Under the pieces are notes generated by a model. It was not told where the DNA came from and searched no databases. It was given only the letters and a program-made list of their open reading frames with translations. From a virus: 64,000 nt of DNA. Every line of letters starts with the position of its first letter. Position 1 is the first letter of the stretch. Shown here piece by piece: positions 1 through 10,471 of the stretch. The translations under genes were made by a program, and so were the position numbers. The stretch covers positions 58,062-122,061 of the IMG/VR virus record IMGVR_UViG_2974645756_000001, one strand, 5' to 3'.

Positions 1-107
1 TAAACATGGTTATGGTGGTTTATATTGTACACATTGGGGTTATCCTGAATCGGATATGAAAGAAATACAACGAGTTGCAAAAGAATTAGGATATTTAATG
101 TAATTTT

Positions 108-341
108 ATGAAGAAGTTTCCAAAATTTAGATTATATTTGTACAACGGTCATGCGAACTTAGTTAAATCAAATCTCAGAAAATCAAAATTTGAATTTGAT
201 ACTTTAGATTCAGCTACATTGGAAGCGGTTGCTAACGCAACCGCAAAGAACAAACAAGTGGTAATCATTAAAGTACTATCAACAACAAAAGATGAGATCG
301 TAGATTTTATTAACCCAAGTACAACAATTAAACGATTATGA
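108..341 (+). CDS. hypothetical protein
   Basis: 77-aa ATG ORF overlapping the next gene (ATGA); no recognised motif. Confidence 0.5.
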   Translation: MKKFPKFRLYLYNGHANLVKSNLRKSKFEFDTLDSATLEAVANATAKNKQVVIIKVLSTTKDEIVDFINPSTTIKRL

Positions 342-706
342 ATAAATTAAAAGCTATTAAAATGGACTTTTTAAAAAAACAGTTAGATGTTTTTTTAAAA
401 ACAAATGATTCTGATTTAAAAATTGGAGCGGAAGTATATAATAATTCATATTTTATTTTTGAACAACTTTACCCTAGCATTCTTGAACATCTTTCCATTG
501 AAGATGTTTATACTTCTAGCTATGGAACTTTAATTGTTGACTGGGAAAAAGAAAATAATGATATTTTTTCATTAGAAATAGGTTCAAAACATTTAGGATA
601 TTTTATTGATGTTAATGGTAATTATCAAAAGCAGGTTGATAAAATAGAAATAGAAGAATCCGTGAGCCATATACTAAAAGATTTATCAAATTTTTTAGTT
701 GCTTAA
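338..706 (+). CDS. hypothetical protein
   Basis: 122-aa ORF coupled to the previous one; no recognised motif. Confidence 0.6.
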   Translation: MNKLKAIKMDFLKKQLDVFLKTNDSDLKIGAEVYNNSYFIFEQLYPSILEHLSIEDVYTSSYGTLIVDWEKENNDIFSLEIGSKHLGYFIDVNGNYQKQVDKIEIEESVSHILKDLSNFLVA

Positions 707-963
707 ACTGTGGAAAAATTACCGAAGTTGATTTCATATATCACATATGATGAACACTTGGTTTCGTTAAACAACATGGTAATAACGATATGAGTAGTAT
801 TGTATATCCACCACATGAATTTGATGACTTAGTTCCAAGTAAACTACTAACAAACCACGAAGAACTAATTGTAGTGAGTACAATTCAATGGTTAGGTTCA
901 CCAGTTGGTAAGAACTTTTTAAGAGAATGTGGATTTATTGAACAAAGTGAGGATTAACAATCA

Positions 964-976
964 CTTTGTTTTATAC
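964..976 (+). promoter_or_regulatory. class II (putative middle) promoter motif CTTTGTTTTATAC
   Basis: matches the recurring intergenic consensus SWTTGTTWWATAC; 27 nt before the SbcDC ATG. Confidence 0.5.
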
Positions 977-1003
977 TAGAAATATTATAAAACGTTATAC
1001 TTT

Positions 1004-4000
1004 ATGAAGATAAAAATTGTACATGGTGCTGACATCCAAATACAAATAACCAACCATGGTGCTGGTAGGGATAGGCATGATGAATATAAGCTTGGAATTG
1101 AAAGGTTTGTAACGGAATTAGCCAAAATTAGACCACACATCCTAGTACTACCTGGCGACATGTTCGAGGAATGGAATGCTAATGGTGATGAGACTAAAAT
1201 GTTTGCTAATATGCTACATTCGTGTTTACCACATTGTGATAGAATAGTTGTAATAGATGGTAACCATGACCTTAAACAACGTAATTCATTGGTTGTTGAG
1301 CGTTCTGAAAAGCGTATGCAAACATCAGCAATTGAATCACAAGTAGTAGCCATAAACAATCATAAGATTTCGTATTATTGTGATACAGGTTTTCATCAAG
1401 ACCAAAAGTTTCCAATTACGTGGGCAGTATGGTCACATAAATGGAAGTTTAGTTCAACAGTAGAAAATCCGTTACCATATTCACCATATGAGAATGGTAA
1501 TAAACCACCACAAAACGGTAATGCGGTTATTGAATTATTCCATGACCCTATTAGAAGTTGTAAAGGTTTTGATGGAAAGGCTAATCCAGTATTTGATGAT
1601 TATAAAATATCATTGGAGAACTTTGGGTCAAATATTATTATTGCTGGTGATATTCACTCACCTGATATTATTTGGTTTGGTTCTAATAAGGAAAAGTTAT
1701 TTACATATAGTTCATCATTAGTTCAGCGTAATTATGGTGAGGGAGATGTTTATTATGGTGAGAAAATATCTATTAAAGGTAATGACCAACATGGATTCAA
1801 TATTATTGAAGTAGATACGAAATTAAATAGAGCAACTTCATGTACGTTCGTTAAGTTACCTAATCCAGTATCAAGACACACTATTCATTTAGGTAAAGAC
1901 TTCAATTATGATAAGATTGAATTATTATCAATTAGAGCAACTGCATTCAATAGAATTAAATTAGTTGTTGATGGTAATGTTCAACAATATATAGCAAATG
2001 AAGAGGCTATTATAACCCACCTAAAAAAGAATTACGAATGTTTAGTTGAGGTTTCATATGAGTCTAGTGCATTTGATATAGATGTTGACGAATCGTTAAT
2101 AGAATCTGTTGAAAGTATTGCAGATACCGATACCATATTAAAAATTGCTGATACTTATATTGAAGAAACTGTAAATAAATCTAAAAGCATCTTACCTGAA
2201 CAAAAGAATGATGCTATACAGTATATCAAAAATTCTTTACGTTCTGAGTTATCTAAGGTTGAAACATCATTGGTAAAAAATGAAATTAAGTTGGTTAAAG
2301 CTAAGATTTCAAACTTTATGTCATTCTCTACAAATGTTGAAATAAATTTTGGTGATATTTCCATAAATAAGATAAGTGGTACAAATGGTGTTGGTAAAAC
2401 AACTATATTTAGTTTCATTCTTTGGATGATTACAGATTTAATTTCCGAGTTCCAATCAGCACGTAATAAGAATTATAATTACTCATTATACTTCAATGAT
2501 AGTTCTGAATTAGATACTGTAGGTGATGAATTACAATTCTTAAAGAATGGTCAATTACATATATTAAAGAAGAAATTAACACGCACACGTAAAAAGAATG
2601 GTAGTGTAAATGGTTATGAGGTTTCATTATCTTTAGAATCACCAAATATTACATCATCAGACCGTGAAGAGATTATGACTTATTTAATGGAAGAGGTTGC
2701 AACATTTGAGGAACTTAACCGTTCTATGTTCATTAACCAAACAACGTTAACAAAGTTGATAAAAACATCAACAGCAGACTTAAATAAGCGTATACTTAAA
2801 AACATTGGTGTTGATTTCTTTGAGGGTATGTTGAGTACTTATGATGAGTTACGTTCTAATGCAATGGAAGAGGTTGAAAAGCCACTAAAAACTATCGAAG
2901 AGTTAATCGAAGATAAAAATATGCGTGGTGAAGAGGTTAAAACTATTGGTGATAAAATATCAACATTAAAATCACAAGTATTACCTATAGAAACCGTAAT
3001 TACTGAATATGATTCTGAGATTGAAAAAGACCTAGAATTATTACATAATGTTCCTGAGGTATCTGTTGTAGAAGATAATATAACAAGAACTGAAAAGTTA
3101 ATTACAGAAAAAGAAACGGAATTAACAAACAAATCAGATGAAATAAAGCAAACAGAAGAATTAATAACTAAAACAGATGTAACATCTATTAATAATAGAT
3201 TAAATGCACAACAAATAGTTATTAATGGTGTAGCTAATGATATTAAACTTAAAGAAAGTTCAATAAACACATACAAGGATAGGGTAATAAGTCTTAAAAA
3301 AGATGCACAACAAACTGCAACAATTGTTAAGAATGAATTATCGGTAATTGTAACCAACATAGAAAAGGAAATTTCTGAACTAGATTTAAAGAAGTCTTCT
3401 AGTGAGTCTAAAAAACAAACAGCACTTAACAATTATCAATCATTATTAAATGGTAAGATATCAGAAAGGCAACAAACGTTAAATACACTTAATAAGAATA
3501 AGAGTGATATTGAATTATTGCTATCTAATAACGAAAATAAGCGAACTTCTATTAAAAATGGTGTTACAGTACTAGAGACTGAAATAAAAGGCTTAAAACG
3601 TGAATTAGAGTTGAAGAATGGTGAGGATAATTTCAAGTGTCCTACATGTTCACAACCATTACCTGAGGATAAACAAAAAGAAATTCAAAAAGGTGTTGAG
3701 TATTTAAATAAACAAATAGTTGATAAATCAAATTTAGTAAAAGACGAACAAACCAAAGTTGTTGACCTACAAAAAGAATATGATACTATAAAAGATGAAC
3801 AATTAACACCTGTTATTGATTCTATAGATAAGTGTTCTAAAATAATTGAAAAGTTAGGTGAACTGAAACTAGAACACATAAACGAAAAGGTAGATAAAGC
3901 CTCATTCGATATGTACATGGAATCGGTTAATGAACTAAAGGATATTTCGACAAAAGCAACTGAATTAAATACTAAATTAGAAGAGGCTAAGAAAACTGTT

Positions 4001-4960
4001 ATTGATGGTGTTAAGTCTAGTGAAAAGGTTAAGACTGCTGTTAATGCATTTAAAACCGAGCAGGAAAAGATACCAACATTAGAAAGTGAATTATCTGAGT
4101 TAAATACAAAGTTAACAACAGAGAATAGTGTACTAACTGGTATTCGTAATGAGTTAAGTGTTGCATCTGATATTGAGGATAAATTAACCAAACAGAAAGA
4201 AGACCTACAAGAAATTAAAGATGGTATTCAGAAACTAGAAAATACTTTGGAAAATCACAAAGGCGATTTAAAGAAGTCTAGATTTAATGTTGAACATAGA
4301 AAAGAAATTGATGATAAGCGTGAGTTAAGGAGGATTCAGAAAGAAGATTTAGATAAACTTAATAACCAAATTGAAGCTAGTGGTAGAGAGTTATTATTGG
4401 TTGAAAATAGTATTCAGAATACGGATAAGGCAATCAATTCCGCAAGAAATTATAAGTTGGTTGATGGTTCGTTGAAGCTATATAAGAGGATGCTTGGTAC
4501 AAATGGATTACCACAGTACATTTTCGCACACATAATTCCTATATTTAACAAGAACCTAAATGAATTATTAGAGGATGTTGATTTTAGATTAGAATTTAAT
4601 GTGGATGATTTAGTATTATATTTCCATGACCTAAAGAAAAAGAGTGTACGTCCTGTAATGTTTATTAGTGGTATGGAATCATCCTTTGCAGGTCTTGCAT
4701 TAATTGATGTGATGAGGCGATTAAATAACGCTAAAACAACAAAGGAAATATTCATTGATGAGATTAGTGGACAGATTAATAGCGGTAAGGATGTTACATA
4801 TGAAGCCAAGAACTACCAACAACTATTAATAAAGTTCTTGAATAAGATTTCTAGACACTCGAATGTTTATATCATTGACCATGTATTAACATTTCCTAAT
4901 GCTAGAATATTAGAAGTTCAACCAACATCAAAAGGTTCGGTAGTAAAAATCTTAGATTAG
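1004..4960 (+). CDS. Mre11/SbcD nuclease - Rad50/SbcC ATPase fusion (gp47-gp46-like)
   Basis: metallophosphoesterase motifs (ADIQ, GD, GNHD, FHD, GDIH), Walker A GTNGVGKTT, long coiled coil with CPTC zinc hook, signature ISGME, Walker B IFIDE and IIDH switch, all in one 1318-aa ORF. Confidence 0.92.
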   Translation: MKIKIVHGADIQIQITNHGAGRDRHDEYKLGIERFVTELAKIRPHILVLPGDMFEEWNANGDETKMFANMLHSCLPHCDRIVVIDGNHDLKQRNSLVVERSEKRMQTSAIESQVVAINNHKISYYCDTGFHQDQKFPITWAVWSHKWKFSSTVENPLPYSPYENGNKPPQNGNAVIELFHDPIRSCKGFDGKANPVFDDYKISLENFGSNIIIAGDIHSPDIIWFGSNKEKLFTYSSSLVQRNYGEGDVYYGEKISIKGNDQHGFNIIEVDTKLNRATSCTFVKLPNPVSRHTIHLGKDFNYDKIELLSIRATAFNRIKLVVDGNVQQYIANEEAIITHLKKNYECLVEVSYESSAFDIDVDESLIESVESIADTDTILKIADTYIEETVNKSKSILPEQKNDAIQYIKNSLRSELSKVETSLVKNEIKLVKAKISNFMSFSTNVEINFGDISINKISGTNGVGKTTIFSFILWMITDLISEFQSARNKNYNYSLYFNDSSELDTVGDELQFLKNGQLHILKKKLTRTRKKNGSVNGYEVSLSLESPNITSSDREEIMTYLMEEVATFEELNRSMFINQTTLTKLIKTSTADLNKRILKNIGVDFFEGMLSTYDELRSNAMEEVEKPLKTIEELIEDKNMRGEEVKTIGDKISTLKSQVLPIETVITEYDSEIEKDLELLHNVPEVSVVEDNITRTEKLITEKETELTNKSDEIKQTEELITKTDVTSINNRLNAQQIVINGVANDIKLKESSINTYKDRVISLKKDAQQTATIVKNELSVIVTNIEKEISELDLKKSSSESKKQTALNNYQSLLNGKISERQQTLNTLNKNKSDIELLLSNNENKRTSIKNGVTVLETEIKGLKRELELKNGEDNFKCPTCSQPLPEDKQKEIQKGVEYLNKQIVDKSNLVKDEQTKVVDLQKEYDTIKDEQLTPVIDSIDKCSKIIEKLGELKLEHINEKVDKASFDMYMESVNELKDISTKATELNTKLEEAKKTVIDGVKSSEKVKTAVNAFKTEQEKIPTLESELSELNTKLTTENSVLTGIRNELSVASDIEDKLTKQKEDLQEIKDGIQKLENTLENHKGDLKKSRFNVEHRKEIDDKRELRRIQKEDLDKLNNQIEASGRELLLVENSIQNTDKAINSARNYKLVDGSLKLYKRMLGTNGLPQYIFAHIIPIFNKNLNELLEDVDFRLEFNVDDLVLYFHDLKKKSVRPVMFISGMESSFAGLALIDVMRRLNNAKTTKEIFIDEISGQINSGKDVTYEAKNYQQLLIKFLNKISRHSNVYIIDHVLTFPNARILEVQPTSKGSVVKILD

Positions 4961-5197
4961 TTTTGTATAAGTGCGCAAGGTTTTATATCTTGCGCACATT
5001 AAACAGCATTAATATGAAATTAAGTTATATAATAAATCTAGGTCGATACGAAAATAAAGAAACTGGTAAGGCTTATAACATCAAAAAAGGTAAGAATAAG
5101 TTACGTGGTACTGACCACATTTTCTATTTATATAGAGGTTCTAGGATTTTTATTAATGATTCCGATTTTTATACAAACTATAAAAAGTTAAATTAAT

Positions 5198-5455
5198 ATG
5201 GCACGTAGAAAGTGGATAGGAACAATAACAAGGGATTTAAGGTCTGCTGGTAATGCAATTAGTGACTTACCACCTGAATTTATTAAAGGACAAACAGTAA
5301 CTGTTTGGAAGAAACGAAGATATGAAACTGACATACATGATAAATTATCATGGACAGGTGGGTATGAATATCATTACTCGGATGAGAATGGTAAGGGTCT
5401 TGTGAGAACACGAGATTTTCTATTAGAAGAATTTGATGAACCTAATTTAAGATAA
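5198..5455 (+). CDS. hypothetical protein
   Basis: 85-aa ORF in a tightly packed + strand run. Confidence 0.6.
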   Translation: MARRKWIGTITRDLRSAGNAISDLPPEFIKGQTVTVWKKRRYETDIHDKLSWTGGYEYHYSDENGKGLVRTRDFLLEEFDEPNLR

Positions 5456-5456
5456 T

Positions 5457-5933
5457 ATGGGATGTCACATATGGTTTAGTACACCGTTGGATAAACAACC
5501 AACATACGAAGAAGCAAAGGAGTTTGTTATTGGTGAATATGCTACATTGATAGATTATACTAAGAACGAAATTGAACTATTTGGTGAAGATTTTAAACCT
5601 TATGGTATGCCTAATAGTGATGCAAAGTTTTTATTAAAATTATTCGAACGCCAATTAAGAATGATAGAGGCTGGATACTGTAAAGAAGCTGTACTAAATA
5701 AATTTGCTGAATTTTCAGATGGTGTTTATAAGATAGAAAATATATTATACAAAACATTAGATGGTATTCACGATGTATTTAGAGTTGGTGGATACCCATC
5801 AGATATTCTAAGAGATTATGAGCAAGTATTAACCTTTTGTAAAGGTCGTTCGGTTGACCTAACAGCAGAACAAAGAGAAACTTTAAAACAATTTTACAAA
5901 GATTACCCAAGTGGTATAATAACATTTGAATAA
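5457..5933 (+). CDS. hypothetical protein
   Basis: 158-aa ORF in a tightly packed run. Confidence 0.65.
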   Translation: MGCHIWFSTPLDKQPTYEEAKEFVIGEYATLIDYTKNEIELFGEDFKPYGMPNSDAKFLLKLFERQLRMIEAGYCKEAVLNKFAEFSDGVYKIENILYKTLDGIHDVFRVGGYPSDILRDYEQVLTFCKGRSVDLTAEQRETLKQFYKDYPSGIITFE

Positions 5934-6435
5934 TATGAAACAATTACAAGAGATATTAACACATAGTGATACTGAACGTTTAAAAATGGTGTTTGGTAAA
6001 AGAACCAAAGATGTTACTGATTGGTTATTTAAAAATGATGAGGTTGTAACAATAGTACCTACAAATAAATCAGGTGTTATTGGATATGATTGCTTTATCA
6101 AAGAAATTAACCTAAGACCAAATTCAATAGAAATTAACTATGATATTTTAGATTCAATATTATCAGGTGATGAATTAAAATTTGGATATAACACAACAAA
6201 TCAATCAACACATAACCTATCAATTGGATATAATGCATGTACAATTATGTTACCTGATAGTATTCCATTATATAAACCATATATTAATTTGGCTTGGTGT
6301 CCAATGAAAGATATAACCACATATGAACTAGCTAGATGTATGACATTCATAAACGTACCTGTTTTTAAAACTAGTTTTGATGAACTATCTGAGGAATGTA
6401 AAAGGCACTTTAAAATTGTTGGTGATGGAAATTAA
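5926..6435 (+). CDS. hypothetical protein
   Basis: 169-aa ORF overlapping its neighbours. Confidence 0.65.
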   Translation: MNNMKQLQEILTHSDTERLKMVFGKRTKDVTDWLFKNDEVVTIVPTNKSGVIGYDCFIKEINLRPNSIEINYDILDSILSGDELKFGYNTTNQSTHNLSIGYNACTIMLPDSIPLYKPYINLAWCPMKDITTYELARCMTFINVPVFKTSFDELSEECKRHFKIVGDGN

Positions 6436-6895
6436 GAAATATACTATATTAGGTATGATGATTAAGTACCTAAACGAAAATGATTTTGTGATTAGACAGG
6501 AGTTAATTTATTACATCAAACACAATCACGATTGTAACATCACAGGAACAATAGACAATTTCAGAAACTACTTCACACAAGCTGGATATTTGGAAAAGAT
6601 TGGTAGAGGTAAATATAAAGTTATAAAGAAACCTAGTTATGACTTAACAACAACACAACTTAGGAAAGAAGCATATCCTAACTATATTCCTTGGAAAGTG
6701 TTGAGTGAAATGGAAGATTTATTTACGGACTTTAGTATTGATTACACCCAAGATGTTATATTATTAAATGATTCTCATCTTAGTGTTATAATGAATCCAA
6801 AAACAAAACACAAAAGATTTTTAGGTTATAGTATAAGAAGTGTTGCAGAATCTTATGCAAGGAATAAAAATAAGACAATAAAATTTGCACAGTAA
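6425..6895 (+). CDS. hypothetical protein
   Basis: start moved to the ATG of MEIKK, which overlaps the upstream gene end. Confidence 0.6.
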   Translation: MEIKKYTILGMMIKYLNENDFVIRQELIYYIKHNHDCNITGTIDNFRNYFTQAGYLEKIGRGKYKVIKKPSYDLTTTQLRKEAYPNYIPWKVLSEMEDLFTDFSIDYTQDVILLNDSHLSVIMNPKTKHKRFLGYSIRSVAESYARNKNKTIKFAQ

Positions 6896-6907
6896 TTTTA
6901 ATGTTTA

Positions 6908-6915
6908 TATATTTG
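6908..6915 (+). promoter_or_regulatory. Bacteroidota sigma-A -7 promoter element TATATTTG
   Basis: matches TAnnTTTG; A-rich leader to ATG 6939. Confidence 0.7.
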
Positions 6916-6938
6916 TCAAACAAAAAAGAGACAGAGAT

Positions 6939-7100
6939 ATGAGCAATGAAATTTATGAATTAGCAAATCAACTAAGTGACAAAGAGGTTCAAGAAAAGTA
7001 CAACAACCTACCAAACTATCAGAAACAACAAGTAGATACTTTATTTAGGTTGGGAGATAGTTTACAACTAGCATATGTTACTGTAATAGAAATGAGTTAA
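6939..7100 (+). CDS. small hypothetical protein
   Basis: ATG downstream of the promoter; ends at a terminator. Confidence 0.6.
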   Translation: MSNEIYELANQLSDKEVQEKYNNLPNYQKQQVDTLFRLGDSLQLAYVTVIEMS

Positions 7101-7126
7101 AGCACCGTAGGTGCTTTTTCTTTTTT
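7099..7126 (+). terminator. intrinsic terminator
   Basis: AGCACC-GTA-GGTGCT stem followed by a T-rich tract. Confidence 0.75.
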
Positions 7127-7129
7127 ATA

Positions 7130-7143
7130 ATACATAGATAAAG
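7130..7143 (+). promoter_or_regulatory. class III (putative late) promoter motif ATACATAGATAAAG
   Basis: consensus ATAYAYANAYAAAG shared with 22114, 31111 and 45160; related to T4 late TATAAATA. Confidence 0.45.
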
Positions 7144-7205
7144 CACAAGTAATGTGCATAGTCAAGTAAGTACTTAAATAAATTTATAAAAACAAACATT
7201 AACTC

Positions 7206-8396
7206 ATGGGATTATTAGACCACGTAAATGAAGCATTCGGAATTATATCTGATGCTAAGAAGCCACAAGAGGGCGATAGTAAAGAATATAAAGCGTTCTT
7301 TGCAAAAAAATTAAAGAAATATGGTGTTAAGTCACCTGATGAATTACCAGCAGATAAGAAAGATGATTTCTTTGATGAGATTGATAGAGAATGGAAATCT
7401 GATGCTGAGGGTTCAAACGAAAATTTAAACGAGGGTATTAAAATGAATAATTTAGATTGGGGTAAAACCACTGCTGAGAGAAATGCGAACCAAGATAAAT
7501 ATAATTCATTAAAATCAGATGCAGAAAAAGAAGCATTTTTGAAAAAGTTAAAAGGTATGAATGAATCTTTAAACGAAGCTAAGTCACCAGTAAAGGTTGA
7601 TATGAAAGCTGTTGAAAAGGAAGCTAAATTTTACTTCAATGCATTAGAGGGTGATTATAACATTGTTGTTAGTTACTTCCCTGATTTCAAAGGAAAGAAT
7701 GGTGGTTATATGGCTGACTTCTTTGACCCAAAAGATAAAGACGATAATAAATTAGGTTACCAAAAGAAAAACAATTACTGGAACGTTGCAATATTTTCTA
7801 AACAAGGTAAATTAATATCTAAATTAGATTCAGTAAACGAATCTAAACGTAACCTATTATCATTTGTTAGTGAGTCATTAGATTATAATGCACGCTTAGA
7901 AGCAATGAAAAAACGTAAAAGTGATATTCAATTATCTGAGGCTAAAGATTGGGGAACATTAGAAATTTCTGATGAAAATGATTTAATCAAATTAATCAAG
8001 AAGATTGCTAAGAAGTCTAAGACATTCTTAAAGAAAATTACCAATGTTATAAAGGATTCTAAAGCTAATAAAGTTGTTGAAGAATTATCAAATGGTTATG
8101 TTATATTAAATAGATATGGTGAAGTTTATGAAGCTGTTTGGTATAATAATGCAGTTACAATATTAAAAGATTCTGTTGTTGTTGAATCATTATCAGAGGC
8201 TGTTTTTAAATCAAATTTAACAAATGAAAATTTTATTGTATCTGATTTGGTTAATGAAAATAAAAATAGTAAATTTGTAATAGGTCAGCCATTAAGATAT
8301 GGAGGTATGGAAACTGTTGTTTGTGGAATATCAGAAAGTGGATTAACACTTGATATTGATGGTGAGAAAGTAAATATTAACCAAAAAGAATTATAG
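7206..8396 (+). CDS. probable head-internal/core protein with repeated prohead-protease-type sites
   Basis: N-terminal YKAFFAKKLKKYGVKSPDEL..KKDDFF motif, recalled from T4-like head-associated proteins; repeated (L/V/M)-(N/S)-E-(A/S/G) junctions. Confidence 0.55.
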   Translation: MGLLDHVNEAFGIISDAKKPQEGDSKEYKAFFAKKLKKYGVKSPDELPADKKDDFFDEIDREWKSDAEGSNENLNEGIKMNNLDWGKTTAERNANQDKYNSLKSDAEKEAFLKKLKGMNESLNEAKSPVKVDMKAVEKEAKFYFNALEGDYNIVVSYFPDFKGKNGGYMADFFDPKDKDDNKLGYQKKNNYWNVAIFSKQGKLISKLDSVNESKRNLLSFVSESLDYNARLEAMKKRKSDIQLSEAKDWGTLEISDENDLIKLIKKIAKKSKTFLKKITNVIKDSKANKVVEELSNGYVILNRYGEVYEAVWYNNAVTILKDSVVVESLSEAVFKSNLTNENFIVSDLVNENKNSKFVIGQPLRYGGMETVVCGISESGLTLDIDGEKVNINQKEL

Positions 8397-8400
8397 AGAT

Positions 8401-9510
8401 ATGTTTAAGCCAAGTAAAGAAGTTTTAGAATTAGCAAGTAAGACAAAAAAGTCTGTTGAAAATGCTAAGAATGCTGATAACATAAAAAAACAATTATTAA
8501 AAGAACGTGAAGACGTAATTGATATTTATGTTAATGATGTTGCACGACAAATAAAATCACTAGGATTTAATACTAGTGTAGAATCAGATATACCACAAGA
8601 GTATAAAAGACTAGATATATCATTCCCAAAATCAGAATTTGGTGGTGTAGTTACCTTTAAATACGAAGATGATGTAAATGCTGTGGTAAATATTGCGTTT
8701 AGTGCATATGCCAAACATAAAGTTGATTCAGAAATAGATTTTGATTTTTTTACACAACAATCAAAATCAAATAAAGATATGGCAAAGATTGTTGAAAATT
8801 TTGCTGATGTTGTACTTAATGTATCAAAAATTTATGGCATTGTTGACACAACATTCAATGATAAATCTTCTGTAATTTCAAAAAAACTTAAAGAAATTGA
8901 CTCAGAAATTGACACACTACGTGGTGGACTTATGGATGATGGTATTTATATTATGCAACGTGAATTGATGGAACGTGTTGCATTAGAAGTTTATAGTCAT
9001 ATAAAGAAAACTAAAACATTTATATTCAATCCGAAAAAAGGTACTGAATTGATGGGTGATGTTAATTCAAATAAAGGTTTTTATTTTTCAATGGATGGTC
9101 AAGCAGATACATTCGGTGAAAGATTTAGATTTGTTCAATATGGTGCAACTGATAGAGCATATTTAAGTGTTGTTGAAGATTTTGCAAATATTGATGGTAT
9201 TCATCGTGCAGGAACGGATAAAAAATATCAACCATTATTTATTGAACGTGGTGGGTATAGTGCATCACCAATGGAAAAATTTACTGTACAGAAATTGGGT
9301 AAAAATTTCAAGGGTGTTGCTGTTGGTTCTAGTTCTGATGATGTCGTTTCTAGTGAAATTAGTATGATTACACCAAAAAAGACAGTATCAATGAATATAA
9401 CAGATGAACCAATTGATAATGTATTTATAGCTAAAGGTGGTTTACTAGGTATTCTAGCACTTTGGACTAATGAATTAGATTCATATAAAAAGTTATTTGT
9501 TAATAATTAA
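8401..9510 (+). CDS. hypothetical protein, possibly virion-associated
   Basis: 369-aa ORF directly after 7206..8396 and ending at a terminator. Confidence 0.6.
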   Translation: MFKPSKEVLELASKTKKSVENAKNADNIKKQLLKEREDVIDIYVNDVARQIKSLGFNTSVESDIPQEYKRLDISFPKSEFGGVVTFKYEDDVNAVVNIAFSAYAKHKVDSEIDFDFFTQQSKSNKDMAKIVENFADVVLNVSKIYGIVDTTFNDKSSVISKKLKEIDSEIDTLRGGLMDDGIYIMQRELMERVALEVYSHIKKTKTFIFNPKKGTELMGDVNSNKGFYFSMDGQADTFGERFRFVQYGATDRAYLSVVEDFANIDGIHRAGTDKKYQPLFIERGGYSASPMEKFTVQKLGKNFKGVAVGSSSDDVVSSEISMITPKKTVSMNITDEPIDNVFIAKGGLLGILALWTNELDSYKKLFVNN

Positions 9511-9511
9511 A

Positions 9512-9544
9512 CAAAAAATCCGAGGAAATTCCTCGGATTTTTTG
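9512..9544 (+). terminator. inverted repeat/terminator preceding an early promoter
   Basis: CAAAAAATCCGAGGAA-A-TTCCTCGGATTTTTTG. Confidence 0.8.
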
Positions 9545-9563
9545 TTGTTTTAAAATAAAGTTG

Positions 9564-9571
9564 TATATTTG
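9564..9571 (+). promoter_or_regulatory. TATATTTG promoter element
   Basis: TAnnTTTG, 21 nt before ATG 9593. Confidence 0.7.
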
Positions 9572-9592
9572 AACTATTAAATAGAAACAGTT

Positions 9593-9808
9593 ATGGCAAG
9601 TATTATTAAAATAAACGGCAGAAAGATAGTTGATAATCCTGATTACATTGAAGTAGATGGTGTAAGGTATGATAAGCCATGTAATGGTAGTGTTAGTATC
9701 AATAATGATAGTATATCAGTTGGTAAATTTGATTTAATAAATGGTGAATGGGTTAATCAATCGTTATTCACTAAAGCTAAGAAATATTTAAAAATAATAA
9801 AATGGTAA
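9593..9808 (+). CDS. small hypothetical protein
   Basis: 71-aa ORF after the promoter. Confidence 0.6.
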   Translation: MASIIKINGRKIVDNPDYIEVDGVRYDKPCNGSVSINNDSISVGKFDLINGEWVNQSLFTKAKKYLKIIKW

Positions 9809-10008
9809 ACGAGGCGTTAAAACAATCATTATATAATCAAGTTGTACAGATTATGAACAAAGAATGGTCTATAACAAACAACGGTGTACAAAAACAATTC
9901 GAGAAGTTTGTGGTACATTTAGAAAAAATAATGACACATCCTAGAATTATTAATCAATTTACGCTATCTTTACAGAAGTTTAAAAAAAGATACTGGTACA
10001 GAAACTGA
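9802..10008 (+). CDS. small hypothetical protein
   Basis: 68-aa ORF overlapping the previous stop. Confidence 0.5.
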   Translation: MVNEALKQSLYNQVVQIMNKEWSITNNGVQKQFEKFVVHLEKIMTHPRIINQFTLSLQKFKKRYWYRN

Positions 10009-10064
10009 GCATCACTTAACGAGAATTGATGAGTGATTGAAAAACAACCTAAAAACTATTAAGA

Positions 10065-10466
10065 ATGAATAAGCTAATTGCTGTATTAGAAACAACATCA
10101 CCATCATATTTACATAAAATTATTGGTACTAATGGTGATAGTGATTTATTAAGATGTTCTACAGAACCTGAACGTTTGTTTGGTGTGGCAACATCAATAC
10201 CTATTCAATCATATCATGTTTATATTGTTTCTGATTGTGAAATAAAGGTTGGTGATTTATATATTAATTTTGAAGATTATTATACAGAATCAACACGAAT
10301 TAAAACAGCCACACAAAAACCATCAGGACAGTATTGTTATAAACTGTATGCAACATCAGACATTTCTGTAAAGGGTGTTAAGCAATTAGACCATTCATTC
10401 TTTGAAAAGAAGATAAACATGGATGAAGTTCGACAATGTATGACTTCACATAACCAATTAAAATAA
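10065..10466 (+). CDS. hypothetical protein
   Basis: 133-aa ORF with an A-rich leader. Confidence 0.6.
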   Translation: MNKLIAVLETTSPSYLHKIIGTNGDSDLLRCSTEPERLFGVATSIPIQSYHVYIVSDCEIKVGDLYINFEDYYTESTRIKTATQKPSGQYCYKLYATSDISVKGVKQLDHSFFEKKINMDEVRQCMTSHNQLK

Positions 10467-10471
10467 TAAAA

